Numbered from the whole stretch's first letter, positions 32,660 through 45,118 are shown. The stretch: 63,944 bases of DNA, filler included, from Octopus bimaculoides (GCF_001194135.2; 10 parts of 10 records of this genome joined end to end with filler, not necessarily neighbours in it), one strand, 5' to 3'. Notes: generated by a model not told the origin, from the sequence alone. A program made the numbers and translations.

Positions 32660-35350
32660 ATGGCAATGAGGAAAAGGAAAGCGAAAGTGAGTAAGAGGAA
32701 AACAAAATCAAGGACAACATGGACCCAGAGAAGGACCAAAACAAAGTAGAGAAGAGACAAGTCAAAGGGGCAACTGTGAGTCCAAGGAAAGTGTCGAAGC
32801 CGGACAAGAGAGGCCAAAGCCGAAGATGAGGACATATGAAGAGGAAAGGGACAACAACAGTAAATTGAAACAAAAGTAACACAAGACAGAACAAAGAATG
32901 TAGAGAGACCGCAAAGTGAGAAAGCATGTAGCCTACAAATGGACACACATGGACAACAACATAGAACCTGCAGAGGCAAATTCTCTGAAAAGAAAAACAA
33001 ACCATACTGCAAGTTCCACAAAACAAGTACTTGCTGGTATGGAGATACGGGGATGGGCTGCAAATTTGTTCATCCAAGCCCCAGGCATGCAGCCCTCACC
33101 CTAATCACACAAAGGGCAGGCAGAACAGATCACCCCAAGACAAAAAACACAATAGCAAGACTTGCAAAATGATACTACCACCATGGAAGTATGCTGAAGA
33201 TAAGCGCAAAACTCCTAGAGGGAAACAGACAACTGATGCAGTGCATTTGGCAGCCGCTCAACAGCGGGCTGTTTTGGAAGTTATGCAGAAAATTGTGGAA
33301 CAGCTGACCTGGCTTCGCCAGACACCCAACATGCAAGGTACATACCAATACCCGTGTCCACCTCAAACAACAAAGGAATCGGGGTGGCCACCCCTGACAC
33401 CTCCACGCACAACGGACCCATGGACACCACAGACACCCTACTACTCACGCCAATACTCTCTCTGAACATCAGGGGCCTTATAACACTCCACCAACATAAA
33501 ACGCAATACCTAAGAGACCTTGTGACATGTAATCAATCAATATGTGTGTCACTAACAGAAACACACCTAAATGTGGATGTATCAGACGCTGAGGTACACA
33601 TACCAGGGTATGTCGTGCTACAAATCAACAGACGAGAAAGGTCTCATGGAGGGGGGGGGGCAATGTACATCCGAGATGATGTCACACTCATGGTATTCTT
33701 GTCACACTCCAACATTGTATGTGATACTCTGGTAGTACACATTAAACAGATGAGGTTGGTAATATGTACCACATATTGCCCACCAGATGTGCCAGATCAT
33801 GAGAACTCATCTGAAGAGTGCCTCCACAAAATGAGAAATGTTTTGACAAATCTCGACAATGATCTGCACATACTTCTCTTAGGGGATTTCTATCTCCCTT
33901 ATGTAAAATGTCACTTCAAAATCAGAAGCATGCAGAGTCTTTGCTTGACTTCACTGACACACTCTTTATGGAGCAGATGGTGCATCACCCCAACAAGAGA
34001 AAAGAATATCCTGGACCTATGTTTCACAAATAGCTCAGCACTCATACTTGATGTTAAAGTGACACTGACGCCTCTTTCAGAGCATAATTTAACATAGCTA
34101 GTGATGTATGGACCACAAAAGACCACGGACATACGAAATACTAGAAATGCTCATCTCATCTCTAGCCTGAATTTCCACAAAGCTGACTGGAAGGGCATTG
34201 AGAAAGAAGTCCTGAAATGTAACTGGTCCACCATCCTCTGAGGGGAAAACATCAACAAGAAACTACAGAACTTCATGGCAACCATATATAATATCTGCAG
34301 TAAGTTTACCCCAAAGAGAACACCAAATCAATGGGCAAAGAAAAATATAATACCCAGGGATAGGAGAGTACTAATGAGACTTAGAGCAAAAATCTCAAAC
34401 CGTCTAAATGGACATCTAAAAAATTTCAAACGAATCCACCTCAAATGCACCTTGCTTGACATTGAAAACGCACTCAAACATTCCCATGAAAAGGAAAGGG
34501 CAGAAAAGGAAGCCAGGGCTATCAAAAACATTAAAGCGGACCCTAAGGCCTTCTATAGATATGCGAAAGAATCTGCTTCAGTGGTTTATAAAATAGGATC
34601 GCTACTAGATGAAACAATTCACCAAAACAGCTCCCAGAGGATCAGTGAATTACTGAATGCACAATACAAGAGTGCTTTCAGCATACCACTGGGGAAGCTA
34701 CGATTGAATGTGCCAGATAGGTTCTTTGACCCAGAAGACACACATTGTGAAATGGCAACTATTGATAACATCAACATATAGGAAACTGATGTGATATCAG
34801 CCATTGAAGAGCTGAGCTCGAACTCAGCAATGGGCCCTGATGGATTCCCAACAATCTTCCTAAAGAAATGTAAAAGAGCTCTAGCTAGACTGCTTCAAAT
34901 TCTTTTCCAGGAGTCCCTCGGGATGGGGAAACTCTAAAAAAAAACTAAAAGCGGGAATAATATGCCCTGTCCATAAAAGAGGAAGCAGGGCAGAGGCTAG
35001 CAATTATAGACCAGTTTCCCTGACCTCCCACGTCTGTAAAGTCATAGAGCTCATTGTCAGGAATAGACTGATTGAGTTCCTTGAGGACAATGACCTGCTC
35101 TCTGATACACAACATGGCGATTTTCCCGTGAAGTAGCTATCTTACACAGCTTCTGCGACACTATGTCTGGGTACTGAAGCAATTAATGAACTGCTCAAAG
35201 GTGGGTGTGGTATACCTCAACTTTGCGAAGGCATTTGACAAGGTCAACCATGGAATATGACACAAAATACGGGGACTCGGCATCACCAGTAACGTCGCAG
35301 AGTGGCTGCATTATTTCCTAAAGGACAGAAGCCAAACTGTAGCAGTCAAC
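32660..35350 (+). mobile_element. CR1/L2/Jockey-group LINE: ORF1 remnant, APE endonuclease and RT N-half, inactivated
   Basis: APE motifs SLNIRG, LTETHL, GGGGAMYIR, LLGDF, PTREKNILDLCFT, SEH. RT motifs GPDG, NYRPVSLTS, QHG, YLNFAKAFDKVNH, WLHYFLKDRSQTV. Several stops and frameshifts. Confidence 0.9.
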
Positions 35351-35487
35351 ATACATGTAGATATATATACGTTTGTAAATATATATATTTATATACTTGT
35401 GGCCTTGTAGCGCAGTACTTGAAATTTTTCCGCATTGAACTGCNNNNNNNNNNNNNNNNNNNNNNNNNNNNNNNNNNNNNNNNNNNN

Positions 35488-35499
35488 TTAATTAATTAA
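35488..35499. other. Artificial scaffold-joining linker
   Basis: TTAATTAATTAA flanked by N runs. Confidence 0.95.
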
Positions 35500-35543
35500 N
35501 NNNNNNNNNNNNNNNNNNNNNNNNNNNNNNNNNNNNNNNNNNN

Positions 35544-35584
<41 letters not shown>

Positions 35585-35639
35585 TTTTATATATTTCAGC
35601 CTTGAAGCTGTGGTTATGCTGGGGCACCGCCAGTGTAAT

Positions 35640-35990
35640 TACCTTTTAATTGGCCAATTCTGTAGGATTGGCTTTTTGTGAAGGAGGGAGTTCGGTACCA
35701 CTGCCCTAGTTTAAGTTTCCTGCCTTGATATTGGTACATCTGGGATCTTGGATAGCAAGAGCTTAAGTTGTGTCTTGAAAACATCTACCCCCACTCCATG
35801 GGGACCCCTCAAATGTTTTAGCGAAGTGTTGAATAGCTGTGGGCATTTGAATCCCAAGCTATTACAGTACATGGTCCTTACCTTAGATGAGACAGCTGGG
35901 ACTTTTACAACAGTGCAGTGACGTCCAACTTGTGGCCTGATACGACTCTCAATCAGCTTTTATGGCACCTGACCATATCTTGGTCTGCTG
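35640..35990 (-). mobile_element. CR1-like LINE 3' end fragment
   Basis: GRHCTVVKVPAVSSKVRTMYCNSLGFKCPQLFN, matching 43786-43980 (YCLGFKGPQLFNALP). Confidence 0.7.
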
Positions 35991-36019
35991 TTTCTACACT
36001 TACCTTCCTTTTACATTTC

Positions 36020-36620
36020 CTTGCACTTCTTTACCTGTTTCTTATAATCCATATGCATTAAATTCCAGTTGCATGTTATAAATATGTTTTCCTTTATACC
36101 CAGTCTTTCTTTCAGTTCATCTGTATTCCATCATTCAGCCTCGTAACATTACGCTAACAATATTTCTTTCTAATTTCACACTTCTATGTTCAGCATCCTA
36201 TCATACAACATCCTCTATCATCATGCAGTTCCTCTATCATACAACATCAGACTCCCACACATTCAAGAGATAATCTACTCTTCACTAGAATAGAGAATTC
36301 CTTTGAGGCTAGCAAAGATAATAGCTCCTTCAACCTCTGTTCTTATTCTCACAGTTATGCTTTCTGAGGACACCACTTCATAGCTGTTTAGATTATCTTG
36401 ATAAGAGAAGTTAACGATCTTTATGGAGCCTTCCAAGCTTTAAAACAAATCTTTATTACTTCTGTTCTAACAACTAACTACTTCTGTATATCTACTTCGT
36501 ACAAAGTCTTTATTCATTGTCAGCTTGCATGGAATCCCAGTACACCTTTTGTGCATGTACTGTACTTCTATCTACTTCTTTTCTTCCTATCAAAAATAGC
36601 TATTTACTTAATAAAAACAG
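36020..36620 (-). mobile_element. Old RTE-like RT C-terminal fragment
   Basis: Weak frameshifted similarity: VRIRTEV...FASLKGIL, KLERNIVSVMLR, GIKENI. Confidence 0.4.
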
Positions 36621-37317
36621 AATCATGTTTTTGTTTCAACTTACTAATATTTTAGTCTTCACTTCGAAGCATTAAGAAGACCTATTTAAGAAAAAAAGGA
36701 TGGTTTGAATGTTTATAGCATTTATATTTCAGCTTTCTTTAAATACTCTTGACTCATTTTCTCGTGTCTCTGTCGGTGTTGTTTTTCCATCTTTTTTATT
36801 ATATTTTCTTGCTGTTCCTCTTTGATTCGTGCTCTGATCTGCGCATCCTTTCTCTTGCTGCTGGTAGCCATGCTTCTTGTGAATACCTACAAAGTTTAGG
36901 TTAAATTAACCCTTGTACACAAATATTAGTTTTTTGAGTGAGCAGACAGTAATTAATTGCACTTATGTGCATGATTTAAGTGATGGTCACTATGAAAAAA
37001 AAATTAGTTCAATAAAAAAGTACTTTCCACTGTCAACAAACCACCACCACCACCACCACTACCTGCCACTCTCGCACTCTCAATATAACTGCCTCTCCTA
37101 TCCATCTCTTTCCATATTTCCCTACACCTTACTTTTTAACCACATAAATAGGCATTCCTTCCTCACCCGACCACATGTTGTTAACACTTCTCTTTCCATC
37201 TTTTTCTCACGTTCTTTGCCTCTACCTTCAGTTTGACCACATGACCATTTGGCCTAAGTGTATTAATATTTATCACCTTTCTCTACTTCTTCCTATTTTT
37301 TTTTCACTCCTCCTTCG

Positions 37318-37348
<31 letters not shown>

Positions 37349-37355
<7 letters not shown>

Positions 37356-37490
37356 TACTTCACCTCTCACTCTTACTTCACCTCTCACTCTTACTTCACC
37401 TCTTACTCTTACTTCATCTCTCACTCTTACTTCACCTCTCATTCTTACTTCACCTCTCACTCTTACTTCACCTCTCACTCACTCCACCTT
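37349..37490. repeat. 18-bp minisatellite (CTCTCACTCTTACTTCAC)n, about 8 units
   Basis: Direct periodicity; it produces the LSLLLH and RGEVRV pseudo-ORFs. Confidence 0.92.
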
Positions 37491-37537
37491 TCTAACTAAC
37501 TAATGTATAACAGATAAACGAACAGATTATAGATATG

Positions 37538-40052
37538 CTAGCAGTATAGCCCGGCATTGCCTGGGATTAAGTTAGGATTATTAAGCTAATCAAGCGCTTT
37601 GTTTCAAACCAAACTAAATAACACCGATGCCATATCTGAGCGAAATCCACTGAAATTGGTAAACGTTTGGCTGAAAATGGGTTGCAGACAATTTGATTGG
37701 GAAATCCCATAAGGAATCGGTTTATCGATTTTTCCACTCATCGATTTTTTTTTGGGGGGTGGGGGGAGAACTTAAAGCATTCAAAGATCCCATGAGTCTT
37801 GCCGGCATCAAGTTTGAACAAAATACGTCAAAATTGGTAAAAGTTATGGTTGAAAATGGGGTGTAGCCAATTTTAGTGGTAAATCCTATAAGGAATCGGT
37901 TTATCGATTTTTCATTCTGATTGAATGGAAAATCCCACAAGGAATCAGTTTATTGATTTTTCACCCCAAACAGGGCTTAACCAAACACAACATTGCTGAT
38001 TCAAAAAATCTATATTTATACTTTAAAGTTGGTTTTCTGCAGAATCAGTGTCATGACGGGAACGCATGGGTTGGGAGTTTGACTGGCAGAGGTGATCAGG
38101 CTGCACATGCCGGCCCTTTCGAAACCCCTCCCCATCATCTTGGCCCATGGGTTGAAAGCCCTTCCAGCAAGGAAAATAAAACATCCAAAAGGGCTCCTAA
38201 TCCTCTGTGTCAGAAGAGGTTATATTCAGATCACAACTAAGCCTTAACCTAAGCCTAAGCTAATCTAGTGAAAGGAGGCTCAGGAGCCTCTAAAAGGCAG
38301 TGACTAATCCCGATCTAGACCTAACCCCTCCTACGGGTACAAACGGTCAAGGCTGCATTGAAGATATGCATTACAGAAGGTTGCCTCGGCGATCTGCATC
38401 ATAGATCTGCATTGGAGAAGGTTGCATCGAAGGTTTGCATTGGAGATCTGCAGTGAAGAAAGTTGACTCAAAGATCTGGATTGAATAAGGTTGCGTCAGA
38501 GATCTGCCTTGGAGAAGGTTGATTTGAAGGTTTGCATTGGGGATCCGGATTGGAGTAATTTAGGAAAACTTACCAACAGCCTTAACAAAACAATAAGGGA
38601 CCTGGCCCTTCTAGCCTAACTCTATGAGCAACTTGACCAAGCACTGATATCGGCCAAGTGAGCATTGTTGTCAGAGAAGTCAGCATTGTCTAATAAAGAA
38701 GAGGAAGAGTCCATGAGTCATGTTGCCATGGTTTGAGAATATGTCCGGCCAATGCTTCTGGATCACCTGTTTATAACCATATCGGCTGCAATGATGACTT
38801 GTTCTTCTTTTTACGTCTATAAAACTTCACTATAAACAACATTGCATGTGCTGCCTTGAGAAGTATACACAAAAAGAGCGTTTTTACTCCCTACATGGGA
38901 GCAAGCCACATAAAGTTGCCCATGTGAAAAGCATGGCTCCCCTAAATGGATGCATGTCACCGATAGTGTTTGGCCTTGGGATTTGTTGATGGTCATGGCA
39001 AAGCATGGTCTCATTGAAAACTGCAATCTGCAGAAGTTAAACGGCATGTTTGACCCCAAGGGATAAAGGTGCATCCTTGAAATGAAAACATTTTCCAGCC
39101 TCCCACACCCTGTAACAATGGTAGCCTCAATAAAGTGGAGCACCAGGGACTTGACTACCAAGTGGGTCCCGTTGCACAGTTTGGGCGGATAAAGCGTGTA
39201 CTTTTTATCCCATTTGAGTTTTATTGAATAATTCTGTAAAATTTTCTTAACAATAGGATATATTGTAAATCTACACAAACACACACACACAAACACACAC
39301 TTGGTGTTATAGTTGTTGTGATGTGTGTACTCTTTATCCAATTTGAGTTGTTGTTTTGAGTGAAAACATGACGTTTGAGGTGTTCCACTCATTGGATGGT
39401 ATGTTTTTATGAGGTGGAGATTAAATCTGTGATTTATTTCTGGTATCATTTATATCATCGAAGATTTTATGGCAGGAGATAAGTTTCAGCAAACTTGAAG
39501 AGCATGTTTGGAACTCGTTTCTAATGTTGAAGTGCCACATATTAAAAAAATGCTTTAAATCACAAAAGAAGAAAAACAGCTTTGGCACGAAGTCATTGAT
39601 TTGTTACAACCACTGAGAAAACAAAAGGACATACAGAGAATTTCATAAACAGAAATGAATGGAAAGAATGTTGTGACTGAACAAAGTTTGTTGTGAGGTT
39701 TCTAGCGAACAGAAACAAAAAAAAAAAAAAATTAGAATGCAGACACTCTACGTAAGAAACATAGCAGTCAAGTAAAGAATTTAAACATGAAGGCAAACAA
39801 AAACTAAAAAACAAAATGTGCTAATTACATTGTCATTAGGTCATGTTTTCTAATTGAATAAACCAACATTAACTATCTAACATTCAAAATTTCATTTTAA
39901 AATGAAATATATAGAGAAATTAAAACTATATATAGATTTCTTTCAGAGGCGTTCATCTTTGTTTTGCTGTATAATACTTTCCGCCATTGCAAACCAGGGG
40001 ACTTAACTCATGTTAGCAAATGAAAATTGGTAAAAGTTATGGTTGAAAATCG
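37538..40052 (-). mobile_element. Helitron: helicase C-terminus, repeat-rich 3' region and hairpin/CTAG terminus
   Basis: LCNGTHLVV, ATIVTGCG..ENVFISR, FCRLQFSMRPCFAMTINKSQGQTL, PCFSHGQLYVACSHV (38817-~39190). Minus-strand CCCAGGCAATGCCGGG hairpin, then CTAG at 37538-37541. The upstream limit is uncertain. Confidence 0.82.
38345..38545. repeat. Degenerate short-period minisatellite inside the Helitron 3' region
   Basis: Recurring AGATCTGCATTGG / AGAAGGTTGCATCG units. Confidence 0.75.
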
Positions 40053-40226
40053 NNNNNNNNNNNNNNNNNNNNNNNNNNNNNNNNNNNNNNNNNNNNNNNN
40101 NNNNNNNNNNNNNNNNNNNNNNNNNNNNNNNNNNNNNNNNNNNNNNNNNNNNNNNNNNNNNNNNNNNNNNNNNNNNNNNNNNNNNNNNNNNNNNNNNNNN
40201 NNNNNNNNATATATATATATATATAT

Positions 40227-40227
<1 letters not shown>

Positions 40228-40265
<38 letters not shown>

Positions 40266-40465
40266 GTCATTGTTTAACGTTCGCTTTCCATGCTAGCATG
40301 GGTTGGACGATTTGACTGAGGACTGGTGAAACCAGATGCCTACACCAGGCTCCAGTCTGATTTGGCAGAGTTTCTACAGCTGGATGCCCTTCCTAACGCC
40401 AACCACTCCAAGAGTGTAGTGGGTGCTTTTACGTGCCACCGGCACAAAGGCCAGTCAGGCGGTAC
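40228..40465 (-). mobile_element. RTE LINE 3' UTR with (GAT)n tail
   Basis: (CAT)n then GTTTAACGT.CGCTTTCCATGCT.GCATGGGTTGGACG...GGATGCCCTTCCTAACGCCAACC, the same as the 3' UTR of the coding copy at 41235-42605. Confidence 0.85.
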
Positions 40466-40660
40466 ATATAAGATTACATATGCATCCATATATATAATAT
40501 ATATATGTTTTTATATATACACATGCATACTACACACACACACACAGATATATACATATACAAACATATATATACATATTTATACATATATAGATATATA
40601 TAGATATATTTATACTTATATATATACACACACATATGCATACATATTTATACATATGCC

Positions 40661-40693
<33 letters not shown>

Positions 40694-41202
40694 AATACAA
40701 GGGCGTGCTGAAAAGTTCCTGGCTTTAAGGGTGTCGCGAAAGGTCTGGCTGGAGGTTCAACCTTTCGAGTTATTGTACAGAGCTTAGAAAAACTGAAAGA
40801 CCACTGCAATAAGTTTGTGAATCTGAGAGGGGAATATGTTGAATAGAATCATAATTTACGGAGGTGTATGTAAAGCATAAAGACAGGAGGTATCAGAAGT
40901 GAATATAGATTTATTTAACCACATGGCTTCTGCAAAATTACAGCTGTTTTTCAACTTTATTGATTTCATTAAACAAGAAATTATATGCACATATTAACAT
41001 TAATACGTCTATGCTCAGTATTATACAACACAATTATATATTCACAAACTAATGCAAGTAAAGAAAGCTGGCTCATCAGATCACTGGGACATCATGGTTA
41101 CATCAATGGCTCAACTCTAAATATACACACAAAATTTCACTCTTTATATGTATAATGTATGGAAGGCCAGAACTGGACACATTTACATTGATTTGGCTGG
41201 TA

Positions 41203-41234
<32 letters not shown>

Positions 41235-41235
<1 letters not shown>

Positions 41236-42605
41236 CCATTGTTGTTGTCGTTTAACATCTGCTTTCCATGATGGCATGGGTTGGATGGTTTGGCTGAGAA
41301 ATGGCAAGCCAGGAGGCTGCACCAGGCTCCAATCTAATTCAGCAAGGTTTTTACAGCTGGATGCTCTCCTTAATGCCTTCCACTCCAAGAGTGTAGTGGG
41401 TGCTTTTACGTGCCACTGGCACAGGAGCCAGTCAATTGATACTCGCATCGGTCATGCTCGAATGGCGCTTTTTACATGCCAGTCAGGTGGCACTGGCATC
41501 AGCCATGCTCAAATGGTGCATTTTACATGCCACCAGCATGAGTGCCAGTCAGGCGACACTGGTATTGGCTACGCTCGAATGGTGCATTTTATGTGCCAGT
41601 CAGGTGGCACTGGCATCAGCCACAACTACAATTTCACTTGGTCCAACAGGTCTTCTCAAGCACATCATATTACCCAATGATTGAAGGGTGCTTTTAAACG
41701 GGCCAATTATGCAACACTGGCATCAGCTACGACTACGTACTCACTTGGCTTGCCAAGTCTTCTCAAGCACAGCATATCTCCAAAGGTTTCGGTCACTTGT
41801 CATTGCTTCTATGAGGCCCAATGTTTGAAGGCTGTGCTTCACTACTTCATCCCATGTCTTCTCCAGGTTCCCTCCACTGTTTAGGTATTACACTTCCTCA
41901 CACAGCTGTCCTCATCTATATGCAACACATGACCATACCAGTGCAGTCATTTCTCTTTCACACCACATCTGATGCTTCTTATGTCCAACATTTCTCTCAG
42001 GGCGCTTACATTCTGTCGTGTATGCACTCTGACATTACACATCCAGTGGAGCATACTAGCTTCATTTCTTGCAAGCCTAAACATGTCCTTAGCAGTCACA
42101 GCCACGTGTGCAAACGGCCATGCATCATACAGTCTACCTTTTACTCTGAGCGAGAGGTCCTTTGTTATCAGCAGAGGTAGGAGCTCTCTGAAACTTGCCC
42201 AGGTTATTCTTATTGTAGCAGCTTCACTCTCAGAGCATCCCCCACCCCCACTACTGACTTGATCACGTAGGTAATGGAAACTATCAACTACTTCTAGTTT
42301 TTCCCTTTGGCATGTGATGGAATCTGTTTTCTGTACATTTTCAGTGTTTATAGCACCTGTGCATCTGCCACATACAAAACCTACCTTCCCAGTTAACCTT
42401 CCTTTGATATTGCTGCATCTTTTATGTGTCCATAGCTTACACAGGGTACATCTTATAGCATTTCTACCTGCACCTTTTCTACAGATTGAGCAGGGCCATC
42501 TACCCGAAAGGATTTGTGATTTTTCCACCTTCCTACTTACCAAGAATTTAATTTTTGCTAGCTTAACTCTAAGGCCCTTCGATTCTAGACCTTGCTTCCA
42601 CACCT
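41235..42605 (-). mobile_element. RTE-clade LINE 3' end (RT C-half with embedded PHD finger, 3' UTR)
   Basis: WKQGLESKGLRV..AK.K, C4HC3 finger, LEVVDSFHYL, WASFRELLPLL, VKGRLYDA, RNEASMLHWMC, RLRWYGHV, then a repeat-rich UTR. Confidence 0.88.
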
Positions 42606-42608
42606 GAA

Positions 42609-42675
<67 letters not shown>

Positions 42676-43064
42676 GTGTGTGTGTGTATGGTTTTATTGT
42701 GTCAGTACTGCCCTGATACCTATTTTGTAAACTCTGGAAGAATGAATATCAAAGACATCCTCCGTTTGATTTGAGCTCGTTGCAAGTAATTGAGCTTATT
42801 AATAAAAGTACCCGTGATAATTAAATTAGGATACGGTGACCTTTTTTTTTTTTTTTCATCATTATTAATCTTCAAGGCAGGGTAGATAACTTCGTGTCCT
42901 GACCAGCAAATTTAAAATCAGTTACAAGAATCACAAAATTGATGTAACGTTATTACTTATTTCGTAAAAAGTTTTTTTTTAACTAACGCGCACGCGCACA
43001 CATGCACACCCCTCCCTCCTCTCACACACACACACATATACATGCCCACGCGTGTAAATTCTTT

Positions 43065-43262
43065 TATTCTTTTAGTTGTTTCAGTCATTTGACTGTGGCC
43101 ATGCTGGAGCACCGCCTTTAAGGCATTTTAATCAAAGAAATCCACCCCAGGACTTATTCTTTGTAAACTCAGTACTTATTCTATAGGTTCCTTTTGCTGA
43201 ACCGCTAAGTTATGGGGATGTAAACACCCCAACATCAGTTGTCAAGCGATGGTGGTGGACGG
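43065..43262 (-). mobile_element. SINE family B
   Basis: Reverse-complement match to 2876-3031, plus extra 5' sequence. Confidence 0.8.
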
Positions 43263-43344
43263 ACACACACACACACACACTCAAATATATACATATATAT
43301 NNNNNNNNNNNNNNNNNNNNNNNNNNNNNNNNNNNNNNNNNNNN

Positions 43345-43356
43345 TTAATTAATTAA
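43345..43356. other. Artificial scaffold-joining linker
   Basis: TTAATTAATTAA flanked by N runs. Confidence 0.95.
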
Positions 43357-43573
43357 NNNNNNNNNNNNNNNNNNNNNNNNNNNNNNNNNNNNNNNNNNNN
43401 GTATGTATGTATGTATGTATGCATGCATGTATGTATATATTTTATGTGTGTGTATAAATATATATATATTTACACACACAAATATATATATACACACATA
43501 TACATATACATACATACATACATACATACATGCATACATACATACATACATACATACATACATACATACATAC

Positions 43574-43783
43574 ATGGTAGAAGCCATAGCCACTCATAAT
43601 AACAATGAGTACCGGTGGAATGTCCTAGTGAGGATCCCAATAAAATGTAAGCACAACAGACATGATATAATGATTTGGGATAGGAGAGAGAAACTGTGTA
43701 CAGTTGTGGAAATTAGCTGCCCAGCGGATGTTAACATAAAGCTGAAGATCAGTGAAAAAGAGAATATCTACGCTGAACTTTTG
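43574..43783 (+). mobile_element. RLE-type LINE fragment, copy F, starting directly after (ATAC)n
   Basis: EYRWNVLVRIPIKCKHNRHDIMIWDRREKLCTVVEISCPADVNIKLKISEKENIYAELL. Confidence 0.85.
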
Positions 43784-43785
43784 GC

Positions 43786-43980
43786 GAAGGAGGAAGTATG
43801 ACATTGATGCTCCATTTTGAGTCTTCTGTCTTAATATTGGTTCATCTAGGACCTTGGGTAGCTGGAGGTCAATTTGTTTCTTGAAAGCATCTACCTTCAC
43901 TTCATGAAGATCCCTCAGTTGTTTTGGTAAGGCGTTAAACAGCTGCGGACCCTTGAATCCCAAGCAGTACATGAGTCCTA
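43786..43980 (-). mobile_element. CR1-like LINE 3' end, truncating copy F
   Basis: YCLGFKGPQLFNALPKQLRDLHEVKVDAFKKQIDLQLPKVLDEP. Confidence 0.8.
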
Positions 43981-44607
43981 TATACATATATGCACCTTTA
44001 TACATACATATATATGGAGATAAGGTCGGACAATTGTCGTGTTGATAAAGGGTACTAAAACAGAAACACGTATCCGCAATTATCCTTTTATCTCTGTGTC
44101 ACTTTTGGAGATTTAAAAAAAAATTCTGGAGATTATCTTCCCTTCTCAAGTGGAGCTGGTCTTAATTTCCATTTGGTAATTATGATACATACACCCGATC
44201 AGAGTCGGAAATATTTAAAATTATTTATGTTGTATTTTATTTGACATATTTATATTCGTCTGTATATATGTAATTAAGATCTATAAAGTACATTCACAAA
44301 CACGACACGAGACAGAAATAATGTGGAATTGATTGCTTTCGAGAATTAAGCTTTGTATCTGTTAAATACCTTTCGGCTACAATAACTGTTACTCCCATGT
44401 TTCCGTCATCTCCTACAATCGAACTTAGTACAAGAAAACATAACATAACACTGGATCGGTTACCGTTGTTTAACTCCATTTTTATGGCGAACATTTTGTT
44501 GTTGCGTGTCTACATATACACATTTATATATACATCTACATGTACACATCCATATGTCTATAAATACATAAACACGTGCGCGTAAACGTATATAAGGATA
44601 TCTTTCA

Positions 44608-44770
44608 ATTTTTACTTGTTTCAGTCATTAAACTGTGGCCATGCTGGGGCAGAAGAATTTTCAGTGGAACGAAGCGGCCTCGGTAGTTATTTTTTTTTTT
44701 TTTAAAGCCTGGTACTTAACCTATCGGTCCCTTTTGTCGAACCGACGTAAATATACCAACACCAGTGAGG
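44608..44770 (-). mobile_element. SINE family B, degenerate
   Basis: TTACTTGTTTCAGTCATT..ACTGTGGCCATGCTGG...GCCTGGTACTTA..CTATCGGTC..TTTTG.CGAACCG. Confidence 0.7.
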
Positions 44771-44835
44771 GACACGCTCGCACACACACACGCACACACA
44801 CACGCACACACACACGCACACACACGCACACACAA

Positions 44836-44956
44836 TGGGGTTCTTTCAGTTTCCGTCTACCAAATCCACTAACAAGGTTTTGGTCGGCCCGAGTCTGTAG
44901 TAGAAGACACTCGCCTAAAGTGTCACGCAGTGGGACTGAACCCGGAACCATTTGAT
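44836..44956 (-). mobile_element. SINE family C
   Basis: TTCTTTCAGTTTCCGTCTACCAAATCCACT...GTAGAAGACACT.GCCTAA..TG.CACGCAGTGGGACTGAACCCGGAACCAT. Confidence 0.85.
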
Positions 44957-45077
44957 TGTGTGTATATACGTGTGTATATATTTATGTATATACTCATACC
45001 TACATTTGTTTAACTTGTACTTGCATACGTATAAAGCTTAATTCTGTGATACGTATGAACACGTTTGCGTATCTACA

Positions 45078-45118
<41 letters not shown>

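Noticed and set aside
37175-37495. Leucine-rich LSLLLH repeat ORF
   Set aside because: An 18-bp minisatellite plus (CT)n.
40314-40345. CTGAGGA...GAAA as a hammerhead
   Set aside because: The GAAA is the loop of a CTGGT/ACCAG hairpin; there is no stem III or cleavage triplet geometry.
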